Source of the DNA: a virus
Lineage: Duplodnaviria; Caudoviricetes
IMG/VR virus record: IMGVR_UViG_3300006169_000032
Span: 1-59,785 of that record
Direction: 5' to 3' (one strand)
DNA length: 59,785 nt
The notes below the pieces were generated by a model. It ran no database searches, had not been told where the DNA came from, and saw nothing but the letters and a program-made list of their open reading frames with translations. Below, piece by piece: positions 29,470 through 37,616 of this stretch. The translations under genes and the position numbers were made by a program. Within the stretch, counting starts at the first letter, position 1; every line of letters begins with the position of its first letter.

Positions 29470-29754
29470 CTAGAGAGCCTCCCAATACATGACATGCTCA
29501 ACAGGGAATCGCAGAATGCGAGAGTCGAAAGTCTCAAAAGTCAGGAAACCACGCTCAACGCAAATGGCGTCAACGTCCACACCCTCAACGGTGATATTGT
29601 CACCATTGAAGAAATTGACCTCAACGTCCAGCAGAGGCTTGTCAGCCTCATCGAATGCATCCTCAGCCATGACCTTAGCCTGTGCAGCCTCAGCCTCCAC
29701 AACGTGAAGGCACTCGTTCTCACAACCGAGAGGACAGTTCATCATTATCCCCAA
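29470..29754 (-). CDS. Hypothetical acidic protein
   Basis: ORF in cassette; start uncertain. Confidence 0.6.
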   Translation of the reverse strand: MGIMMNCPLGCENECLHVVEAEAAQAKVMAEDAFDEADKPLLDVEVNFFNGDNITVEGVDVDAICVERGFLTFETFDSRILRFPVEHVMYWEAL

Positions 29755-29987
29755 AGTTCACGGCGCTGAGGCTGAGCATCCTCACGGACAATCATGCCCT
29801 GCCGCACCGCCAGGTCATTGTCGTATCCGAGCACCCTCCCGATGTTCATGGAAATCTTGTCGGTGATATCCCGAACCTCGGAGCGACCACCGACGCGACG
29901 GAGAATGCCCTGTAGAGCACAAGCCTCGGTCTCGGTGAGCACGATTGTAACCTCAGACTCACGCTTGACAATGGACACCTTGCTCAT
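29745..29987 (-). CDS. Hypothetical protein
   Basis: GGAGG RBS, ATGA overlap. Confidence 0.6.
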   Translation of the reverse strand: MSKVSIVKRESEVTIVLTETEACALQGILRRVGGRSEVRDITDKISMNIGRVLGYDNDLAVRQGMIVREDAQPQRRELWG

Positions 29988-30238
29988 ACCAGAGCCTCCG
30001 CACCGTCGAGCACCTGAATGTGGAACTCGTGACGAGGACGGGGAGCGTGCCCGGTCCACAGAACGTGACGCTGATGTGCGTCATCGGAAAGGCGAAGTTG
30101 ACGCTTGGTGAAGCGAACAGCACCCTTCTTCTTAAGGTTCACGAGAACCTTGGTGTCAACAGCCTCGGTGACGAGACCGTCGCGGCCTGCCTCCACAACA
30201 CGGAGCAGGAGGGCCTTCTGAGGGGCGGTAAGGGCCAT
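29984..30238 (-). CDS. Hypothetical protein, possible winged-helix
   Basis: AAGGA RBS; LT..QK.LL...L.KKG.V pattern. Confidence 0.6.
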   Translation of the reverse strand: MALTAPQKALLLRVVEAGRDGLVTEAVDTKVLVNLKKKGAVRFTKRQLRLSDDAHQRHVLWTGHAPRPRHEFHIQVLDGAEALV

Positions 30239-30359
30239 GGTGGCTTCCTTTCATCGACTGATACCTCTATTATGCCTGACACTACCTGAGATTGCAAGGG
30301 TTTGAAAGTAAAGACACGGAGAGTTAGGTAAACTACTCTCTGTGAGCCCCCGGGGGGAA

Positions 30360-30890
30360 AGTAAAATGATAACCGCTATCACCTATATTTTGTAAACCTA
30401 CCGCATTCTTGGTAGGACGTTCTTACGGTTATCTTAGGGGAGTGCGTGGCATTCTAGGTGTCTCCCGCAAGTTGTGTTACCGGCCCGAAGATGGTTCTCC
30501 GGTAGTAGTGCCGGGACTCGCGTCCTGGGCCGGTAAGCATTGGAAGGTAACGAGGTGATGAGTCTCGTCGGCAAGGGTAATCATCCCCTAAGCATCCCCT
30601 GTCTAGTCGGTTCCTGCCTGCCATTTTGGGGGCACCCGTTTTAAGTTGCGTTCCCTTTGGCCTTCCGCCGTATTGTGCAAGCGGATATCTACTCTTTATA
30701 GCCGTCTTAAGGCAACCATCTTCGGATTTAGGGCATTGGGATTCAAACCCGACCCTTACCGTCTCTGAGCGCGATATCTCTTACCTATGGCTCGGCTTGC
30801 AAGTCTCTTTTGAATTATGATGCTGCCGGTAGTGGAAGGGCCACCGAACCCCGGGCGAGTTTCGAGCCTTCGCCCTTGCCTCTCGACTAT
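30360..30890 (-). ncRNA. Candidate large structured non-coding RNA (~530 nt)
   Basis: Own promoter TTGACA-18-TAGACT (30926-30897), no minus-strand ORF of 60 aa or more, many perfect stems incl. 12-bp 30485-30496/30714-30725 and 10-bp 30477-30486/30527-30536. Confidence 0.65.
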
Positions 30891-30908
30891 GACTCTAGTC
30901 TACCACGG

Positions 30909-31271
30909 CTAGAGGCCGTCTGTCAACCTTGTCTTATATTCTGGACACTTGAATGCTACTGCTGCACCAATCAGAGTACCGGCCACCTTTGGCGGAAAGC
31001 CCTCGGAGTCATAGAGCAGGAAAACATCGGTGAACGTCTGTCCCTGGTCGAACAGCGAGCAGACCACTCGGGCGTTCTTGAAAAGCATCCTGTCTGGAAC
31101 ACTGTCTAGTTGTGGCGCTTCCTCCCTCAGCAGGCGGATATAGAGGTCACGCTTGCTCGGGCCGGTAGCCTGGGCGGTAGATTCCGTCTTATCCCCCGTA
31201 GGAACAGACAAACCACCAGTACAGCCCGTAAGGACAAAAAGGCTGACAAGAATGGCAAGTACAAACTTCAT
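30909..31271 (-). CDS. DUF732-like lipoprotein
   Basis: Lipobox LTGC; D.YI..LR...ARVVC..FDQG...AAVAFKCPEY. Confidence 0.7.
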   Translation of the reverse strand: MKFVLAILVSLFVLTGCTGGLSVPTGDKTESTAQATGPSKRDLYIRLLREEAPQLDSVPDRMLFKNARVVCSLFDQGQTFTDVFLLYDSEGFPPKVAGTLIGAAVAFKCPEYKTRLTDGL

Positions 31272-31278
31272 GGTTCTC

Positions 31279-31542
31279 CTAGTCGATGTAGACGTGGACT
31301 GTTACAAGGCGGTCAAGGTGACGCTCGACCCTACCGCCAAAATGTCCGACTCCATGGTCGGCCAGGTCGATAAGTTGCGTGTCGGTGAGGTTGCAAGCAA
31401 CATAGTTGAGCAGGCGCAGCGTGTGAATGTTCCTGCCGAGGTGACGGGTCATACCGAGCCGGTCGACTACCGGGCCGGTAGCCATCATATTTTGGTAGTC
31501 ACGAACACGCCTTGCGTTGTACTCTTCGAAAGTCTCACTCAT
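31279..31542 (-). CDS. Hypothetical protein (leaderless)
   Basis: ATG 7 nt after TTGACT-17-TATACT. Confidence 0.6.
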   Translation of the reverse strand: MSETFEEYNARRVRDYQNMMATGPVVDRLGMTRHLGRNIHTLRLLNYVACNLTDTQLIDLADHGVGHFGGRVERHLDRLVTVHVYID

Positions 31543-31766
31543 ACCTATGAGTATAGGCGTACTGAGGGGGAAAGTCAATGGGCTCAAGGTAAAGAGCAGG
31601 TAAAACCCCCTGGGGCACTACTCTGAGCAAAACCCCGTTACTGTGAGTATATATCCCGGGTGAATGTCAATCGGGCACAATAGCGCCCGGTCGCTCTCCT
31701 GTAGCGCCGCCTTGATAAGGTCAATGACGATATCGGGGCCTTCGAAGGTCACATCAATCTGTTTCA

Positions 31767-31976
31767 TCAGAAATCTCCGTGGTACGGGTTGGGGTCGTCG
31801 TCATACATACCCTGCTCGACAGGGTTCCAGAAGTCGTACGGCTCGTCATCGTAGTAGTCGTAGAAATGCTCAGGCTCGTCATAGACGGGCTCGTCGGGCT
31901 CGCCAACGAACATCACAGGAGCGTACTCCATGGGCAGAATCTCGTCGTGGTACAGGTCACCAAATGTGTCTTCCAT
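31767..31976 (-). CDS. Very acidic Asp/Glu/Tyr-rich small protein
   Basis: 69 aa with no Lys/Arg. Confidence 0.6.
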   Translation of the reverse strand: MEDTFGDLYHDEILPMEYAPVMFVGEPDEPVYDEPEHFYDYYDDEPYDFWNPVEQGMYDDDPNPYHGDF

Positions 31977-32052
31977 GCTTCTAATATACTTCGTACCGGC
32001 CCCAATTGCAAGAGGGAGAAGGTAAAAGAAAGGTAAAATGCCCCCAGGGGCG

Positions 32053-32199
32053 CTACCGTCCGTGTTGATACCGTGACCCACCGTTACGGCGATTGGTCAT
32101 ACCCTCACTCCGCTGGTGGACATACTTTGTCTCTTTGCGGAACTTGCGGCCCTTGCGTGGACGCATGGGCTCACGTGTGGTATCAGTAAAGCGGGCCAT
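32053..32199 (-). CDS. Very basic small protein (48 aa)
   Basis: GAGG RBS; stop abuts CCCCCAGGGG. Confidence 0.5.
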   Translation of the reverse strand: MARFTDTTREPMRPRKGRKFRKETKYVHQRSEGMTNRRNGGSRYQHGR

Positions 32200-32359
32200 C
32201 GGTTTCCTCGAAATCAACCTCCAGGGAGGCCATGTGGTCATCCTCGATGTACCGGGACTCGACACCACGGTCGTAGCCGTCGTAGTATTCATCGGAGGCG
32301 TAGTCGGCCTGCTCCCGACCCTCATAGCCGTCACGGTAGCCAATCATCAAATCGTTCAT
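32183..32359 (-). CDS. Acidic Tyr-rich small protein (58 aa)
   Basis: Translated by hand (MNDLMIGYRDGYEG...); ATG just after TTGACT-17-TAACCT. Confidence 0.6.
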   Translation of the reverse strand: MNDLMIGYRDGYEGREQADYASDEYYDGYDRGVESRYIEDDHMASLEVDFEETDGPLY

Positions 32360-32433
32360 ACCTCTAGGTTAGTGCCCCCAGACGTAAAAGTCAATAGCCG
32401 AAGGTAAAAGGAAGGTAAAGCCCCCAGGGGCGA

Positions 32434-32697
32434 CTACTCTCCGTAGTCACACCCTTCGAAGGGGTTGGGAATCTCTGTGTAGCAAATGTCGCAAACCCAC
32501 TGGCCATCGCGCCCGCACGAGGCGTCACCGTGGTCACAGTCCTCAGGGTCCACGTCATACTCGGGCTCGTCGTAGCCGTAGAAAAGGTCGGGGTCGTTCG
32601 CACGCTCCCAGGCGTAGTAGTCATCCAACTCAGCCTCAAAGCGGAGTTCGGCAGCGGTCATGAAAGGCTCACCGGCCTCGTTCATCCAATTGCTCAT
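32434..32697 (-). CDS. Acidic small protein with Cys cluster
   Basis: ATG just after TTGACA-18-TACGGT; stop next to CCCCCAGGGG. Confidence 0.65.
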   Translation of the reverse strand: MSNWMNEAGEPFMTAAELRFEAELDDYYAWERANDPDLFYGYDEPEYDVDPEDCDHGDASCGRDGQWVCDICYTEIPNPFEGCDYGE

Positions 32698-32850
32698 GGG
32701 TCCACCGTACCATACGTAATGCCCCAATGTCAAGGGGATTTGGTAAAATCCCCTGGGGGTGTCCGATTTGGACACCTTTCGGCTAATTGGTCTTGTCACA
32801 CCACCCAAAGTGCTCGAAAACAGCACCGCACTCAGCGCACTCGTGCATGA

Positions 32851-33042
32851 TTACCTCCAAACCAGGCAGTTGCGGGAAATGCCGTGGACAGGCTGACCAC
32901 AACGGATGCAGCGGTCTTCGTGCTCAGCCGGGTCGGCGTAGAACTCGTTAAGGTACCACAGCATGTCGTCGTCGGAAACGGACATTTCGGACTCCTCGCG
33001 CAGGTAGGTCGGGTCGGTCTGGGCTGCCTCGGTGATGTTCAT
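32851..33042 (-). CDS. Acidic small protein
   Basis: ORF in cassette; CIRC motif. Confidence 0.55.
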   Translation of the reverse strand: MNITEAAQTDPTYLREESEMSVSDDDMLWYLNEFYADPAEHEDRCIRCGQPVHGISRNCLVWR

Positions 33043-33239
33043 GAGAACATCATAATTCCAATACCGGCCTTCGTCAAGGACAAATCGGACAGAGAAAAGT
33101 AAAGAGAAGGTAAAACCCCCAGGGGGACTACTCAGAGTAACGACATTTGACGGTCAGTCATTGAAAATCTCCGAAATCTCTAGAAGTGCCTGCTCTGCCA
33201 CAAGCATGACACTACCGGCCAGAATCAGCAGAATGTCCA

Positions 33240-33428
33240 TTACGGCAAACGCTCCATCTTCCTCGTGATTTCTTCGATGAGACGCTCCATATTTCCATAG
33301 TGCAACGGGGTCATGTGACGCTCACCAATGACAATTGCATCCTGCAATGCTTGACGGGTTTCGAAAAGGAGCCGGTATTCCACGGTCCTTTCGTCATTCC
33401 AAGTAACCATTACAGAGCCTTCTTCCAA
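33240..33428 (-). CDS. Hypothetical protein
   Basis: ORF in cassette. Confidence 0.45.
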   Translation of the reverse strand: MEEGSVMVTWNDERTVEYRLLFETRQALQDAIVIGERHMTPLHYGNMERLIEEITRKMERLP

Positions 33429-33806
33429 GACTGGCGCTCACGACGCTTGGCCGCACGCCGGTCACGCTTGCGCGTGTCGTGGCTACACGAAATGGTCTTA
33501 CCAAGCATCTTCATCAGAACACACTCTCCCAACAGCACTCACACTGGTCCATGCAGAACACGCACAGGTCGCCTCCACATTCCGGACATACCGCCATCTT
33601 CTCGACGCACGTGTGGCAGAAGCGGGCGGTCCATTCGGTGATTCTGTAGTAAAGGCTCATACTCTTAAGATACGCCTGTCTAGGGTAAAAGTCAATAGCC
33701 TACCGGCAACTTTACCTTTTCTTTACTTTCCCCAGGGGTGTGACAGAGAGTAGTCGAAAGGTAACTTTACAAGGACCAGATAAAGTGCCCTAAGACGTGT
33801 AAGACG

Positions 33807-34106
33807 CTACCAGAGAACAGTCTCCCCTCTAGCGAGCATGTCCGCCTTCACCCCAGCGAACAGACCGAGAACATCTTGACCTAATCTCGGGTCGGTAGCG
33901 GGATTAATTCCCCTATTACGGAGTTCATCTTCCACCCTGGAAAGAATCATGATGGAAACAAAGGCGGTAGCGAAGTTTGGAGACTCCCCATTCTTAGGTA
34001 CCGCCTCCATCTGCTCAGGAGTCATGTCCAGAATGCGAAGAATGTTGTTCTTCTGGTTACGGGCAACCCAGATAAGCCGGGTGGTGCTCTTTTCGGTCCA
34101 ACTCAT
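33807..34106 (-). CDS. Hypothetical protein
   Basis: ATGA overlap. Confidence 0.6.
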   Translation of the reverse strand: MSWTEKSTTRLIWVARNQKNNILRILDMTPEQMEAVPKNGESPNFATAFVSIMILSRVEDELRNRGINPATDPRLGQDVLGLFAGVKADMLARGETVLW

Positions 34107-34306
34107 GCTAGTGGGTCCGTTCCATCCTCGATAATGCATACTGACGTTGGGTACCAGCCCTGGCAGTGAGACATGAGGTAGGCTGTCTGTTCAGCCTCCA
34201 GACCATCTACCGCCTCAACGATGGCACGGTGCCAGTCCATAGCGAGAATGCCCTCATGCAGCCCATCATGGGTGGAGAGCATCACATCGACTACGAATCT
34301 TGCCAT
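34103..34306 (-). CDS. Hypothetical protein (leaderless)
   Basis: ATG 6 nt after TTGACA-17-TAGTCT. Confidence 0.6.
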   Translation of the reverse strand: MARFVVDVMLSTHDGLHEGILAMDWHRAIVEAVDGLEAEQTAYLMSHCQGWYPTSVCIIEDGTDPLA

Positions 34307-34560
34307 ACTTACAGACTACCGTCCCTTGCGAGGCTTGTCAAGCCTGTCGAAGAAAAAGTTTCCGAATGCGAGAGCGAGAAAGAACGAGGCAGCCATGAGG
34401 CCAGGCTCAGTGAGCCCGATGCAGAACAGACCGGCGATGATGAAGTAAGCAATTGTCCAACCCATGACTAAAGCATAACTCGTAACCGCGTGGAAGTCAA
34501 TGGCTACCGCCCGACTTTACCGGGATTTTACTTTCCCCAGGGGTGCCCGAAATGTCCGAT

Positions 34561-34782
34561 TCAGGCACCCATAACGTCTACACGCTCAGCGGGGTCAAGA
34601 TTGTAGTCAACAGAATCACCGTCAATTTCCGAAACAGCGGAAACGAAAACGAATTCACCCTCGTCCACCTGAGACTTGACACGCAGAATGTCATAGGGAT
34701 GAAGGTCGTTCTCCTGAATGGTAATCAAATCGCCATCCTCGATTTCATCGGCGTAGATTGTGTCAATGACGTTCATTTTCAC
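34561..34782 (-). CDS. Acidic hypothetical protein
   Basis: GTGA overlap. Confidence 0.6.
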   Translation of the reverse strand: MKMNVIDTIYADEIEDGDLITIQENDLHPYDILRVKSQVDEGEFVFVSAVSEIDGDSVDYNLDPAERVDVMGA

Positions 34783-35006
34783 CTTACATTCATGATGAAG
34801 TGCTGGAAGACCATGTCGTTTGTTTCGAAGAATTCAACCGAGGACCACGGTAAAAGGGTGATTTCCCGGCCCTCATTTTCGAAGAAGTAGACGCCCTTGT
34901 GATTGATGTTGAGGCCGGTACGTCCCTGGTCATCCTCTCTACCCTCAAAATAGTAGAATCGGGGTCCGGCTTGGAACCGGGCGAAACCGCTTTGCTTGTC
35001 AGCCAT
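34779..35006 (-). CDS. Hypothetical protein
   Basis: GAGG RBS. Confidence 0.6.
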   Translation of the reverse strand: MADKQSGFARFQAGPRFYYFEGREDDQGRTGLNINHKGVYFFENEGREITLLPWSSVEFFETNDMVFQHFIMNVR

Positions 35007-35007
35007 T

Positions 35008-35238
35008 TCAGACCTCAACAATCTGCTGTGCAAGGTGCGAGTAGCGAGCCACCGTGCGACCCTTGAAAATGTGCTTCACGTCAACACTGACGATGCGGCC
35101 CTTGATACGGTTGTCAATGAGCCAACCACGAACCATGTCGTAGTCGGGCATGGTGTCGAAGGGAGCCCGGTAGGAAAAGTTGGGAAGCGGCCCGAACACG
35201 TCCGAACCCCCGTCAAGGGTGATAGTAGCACTGAACAT
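35008..35238 (-). CDS. Hypothetical protein
   Basis: AAGGAG RBS after promoter. Confidence 0.65.
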   Translation of the reverse strand: MFSATITLDGGSDVFGPLPNFSYRAPFDTMPDYDMVRGWLIDNRIKGRIVSVDVKHIFKGRTVARYSHLAQQIVEV

Positions 35239-35560
35239 GGTTTCTCCTTATCTTCTAAGTACACCTTAACATGACTACCGCCCGAAAGTCAATGGGTTCT
35301 GGGGGACTTTACCAGTTCTTTACTTCCCCTGGGGATGCCCGAAATGTCGGGCCTGTCCGATTCAGAGAATCGGCTTGGAACCGTCCTCGCAGCGGGTGGA
35401 ACCGGCGAGCAGAACGCTCACGTGGGACCAAACCGGAACGGTGAGGGAACGCACGAGAACCTCGTGGCAGTTGGGACAGGTGGTCTCAGTCTGGAACATT
35501 TTGTTTCTCCTAACCTTCTACTTCTATTAAACACCCTACCGGCCCGGAAGTCAAGGGGTT

Positions 35561-35749
35561 TCAGGTAAAGTCTCGGTCCATGTCATCCCACGTGAGGGTT
35601 CCGTCCATGAATTCCTCCATAACGAAGCCCGTCCACTCAACCAACTCGTCAGCAGAGTACCCGTCCATCTCACCACGGAAGGCGCGGGTGGAGTACAGGG
35701 CCTTGGCGAAGGCGGCTGCTGTGCGGAGGTTCATCGTTTCTGTATTCAT
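35561..35749 (-). CDS. Hypothetical protein (leaderless)
   Basis: ATG 6 nt after TTGACA-17-TATAGT. Confidence 0.6.
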   Translation of the reverse strand: MNTETMNLRTAAAFAKALYSTRAFRGEMDGYSADELVEWTGFVMEEFMDGTLTWDDMDRDFT

Positions 35750-35789
35750 ACCTTCACTATAGGCCATAGTTCCCCGTGTGTCAAGGGCC

Positions 35790-36420
35790 GGTAGTAATCA
35801 CATGGTAAAATTCCCCGAGAAAATTCCCACGATTAGTAACCCCACGCGTAAGGGGACATTCGGTACAAAACGGACACCCCAGGGGTGGCGACATTCGTCG
35901 CAATTCCCGCGTTTCACCTATACCCCCGTAATGCGGGACATATACCCATATAGTAGGACATGTCGGACATGTCCGATTTATGCGGATAAAGCAGGATTGC
36001 ATGTGCCAGCACCTAGATACATGCATGGTGCAAGCAACTAGCCTGCTGGCACGGTACAGGCACGGTCTAGGCGTGGCATAGGCTGTAAGGCCGTGTATGG
36101 CGCTCTAACGGCTTTCTACGGTGTCCTAGGTACAATCACCCGCGCAGAATTTCTAGGCCGTTAGAAAGGCGCACATACGCGCCTACGCCTACGGCTCACC
36201 TATTACATGATTGTGATTCAGACACCATAGGGCAAAACCGGACATTTCGATATTTGCATGGTGCAAGCACAGTATCAGCATTTGAGATTTACGCCTGAAA
36301 AGGTAAAGGCACGGTTAAGGGAAGGTTAAGGGAAACGTCGTTATGTCCTCTAGTGTCCGATTTGTCCTGGTTTGCTATCTTGTGTCCTCTGTGCATAGTG
36401 GTGCTAGCACCACCCAAACA
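35790..36420. repeat. Non-coding repeat-rich region, candidate second terminal-repeat boundary
   Basis: AATTCCCGCGTTT 35902, TGCATGGTGCAAGCA x2 (36022, 36255), GGACAT/TGTCCG clusters. Confidence 0.55.
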
Positions 36421-36438
36421 CAACCGACGGAGGCGACC

Positions 36439-36876
36439 ATGATTTCTCAGGCTCACCTAGACGCAATCCCCACCATGCCTGGTTTCACGTCGGACCCTGG
36501 TGGCAGTGTGCGGGCGGCGGTGCGGCGGTACCTTTGGACCTATGCTGGCGGGCGGTGTGTCGTCTGTGGGCAGGCTACGCGCCTAGAGGCTAAGCCTACG
36601 GATGCCGACCGCGCAGAGGGTTGCCACGCGCTCCCCGCACCGGGACGTGGCGGGTACGTTGCACCCAACGTGTTCAATGGCTGTCGGAAATGCAACGAAA
36701 ACATGAAAGACCGGGACGTTCGGGGGCAAATCGGACAATTTGAACTTCCCCACCTGATTCCGGCATCCTGGCCGAAGCGGAAGGAACTGGTCGAAATGTA
36801 CGGAGCCGACAAATCGGACATGATGGACCACATCGCCCAAAGCAACGCAAAGGCACGCGAACTAGGGTGGATGTGA
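36439..36876 (+). CDS. HNH-like endonuclease
   Basis: GGAGG RBS; CVVC...CHALP...GG...N....CRKCN. Confidence 0.7.
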   Translation: MISQAHLDAIPTMPGFTSDPGGSVRAAVRRYLWTYAGGRCVVCGQATRLEAKPTDADRAEGCHALPAPGRGGYVAPNVFNGCRKCNENMKDRDVRGQIGQFELPHLIPASWPKRKELVEMYGADKSDMMDHIAQSNAKARELGWM

Positions 36877-36886
36877 CGAAATAGGA

Positions 36887-36913
36887 CAAAGGCCCCCGAA
36901 AGGGGGCTTTTGT
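36887..36913. terminator. Intrinsic terminator (possibly bidirectional)
   Basis: GC hairpin with GAAA loop and T tract between convergent genes. Confidence 0.7.
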
Positions 36914-37037
36914 CACGTATGGGGGCAAATATGGGCGCACTACTCAAAACGGACATTTGTTACATTTCGGACGTGTCATACATCAATACTCGCTACTTAC
37001 ATTTGTCATTCAAAATAAGTTACTTCTCGGTAACTTG

Positions 37038-37310
37038 CTACTCTTCTTTATCGGGGCGGAAGGATGGTTCTGGGGATAGGATTTTTCCCTCACTGTGTAC
37101 CGCCCAGATTCTCTCCGCGCTCTCTGGGTCGCTTCTCTGCAACTGTGTCATGAGTACGTCGTATAGTCTTAGCAATGTAATGAGTATTGCGGGGGATAGG
37201 TCGTCTGGCTCACTACCGGCCTCTTGTTTCATGCGTGCAATGTCGGCCCGCACTCTCTCTTCCGGTGTTTCATAGAGTTCTTTGTCTGGGTTAATGTCGT
37301 ACTCTTTCAT
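37038..37310 (-). CDS. Hypothetical protein
   Basis: 90-aa ORF. Confidence 0.65.
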   Translation of the reverse strand: MKEYDINPDKELYETPEERVRADIARMKQEAGSEPDDLSPAILITLLRLYDVLMTQLQRSDPESAERIWAVHSEGKILSPEPSFRPDKEE

Positions 37311-37616
37311 AGCCGGGTCGTCTCATTCACATAAATCGCGGAAGGCGCGTGGCTATCTCCCTGCACGAATACCACCGTCTCGGGCGCAAGATGGTCTAGC
37401 GTCTTTACAAATGACCTTAGCGCCTCTAAGGTCACCCTGCTTCCCTTGAGTTTATAAGTTGTAACTTTTTCTACAGCCATTCTTCCTCTCCCTTTGCGAA
37501 TTCTACGAATCTGTCCGTCAGTTCCTCAAAGCGGTCGTCCGCGTCCAGGTCGAGGTACAGCGACCAGTCGATTTCCGCGATAAGGTTGCGGAGTGCTCTC
37601 TCTATGTCGTGGTTGT

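Larger units (their letters stand above)
23095..35885. repeat. 19 dispersed intergenic CCCCNGGGG palindromic cores
   Basis: Starts at 23095, 23165, 24284, 25684, 26253, 27353, 28376, 28725, 29446, 30347, 31606, 32041, 32421, 32750, 33116, 33730, 34535, 35326, 35877. Confidence 0.9.

Noticed and set aside
30728-30760. tRNA or tmRNA suggested by a T-loop-like arm
   Set aside because: No cloverleaf, acceptor stem or CCA; treated as part of the larger RNA candidate.
30360-30890. Group I intron or RNase P RNA
   Set aside because: Not inside a gene; conserved core sequences could not be matched in the right order.
30626-31109. + strand ORFs 30626..30820 and 30810..31109
   Set aside because: Opposite to local transcription, no RBS, overlap better-supported minus-strand features.
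23095-35885. CRISPR array interpretation of the repeats
   Set aside because: Spacing is hundreds of bases and irregular, intervals contain genes, and no cas genes are present.
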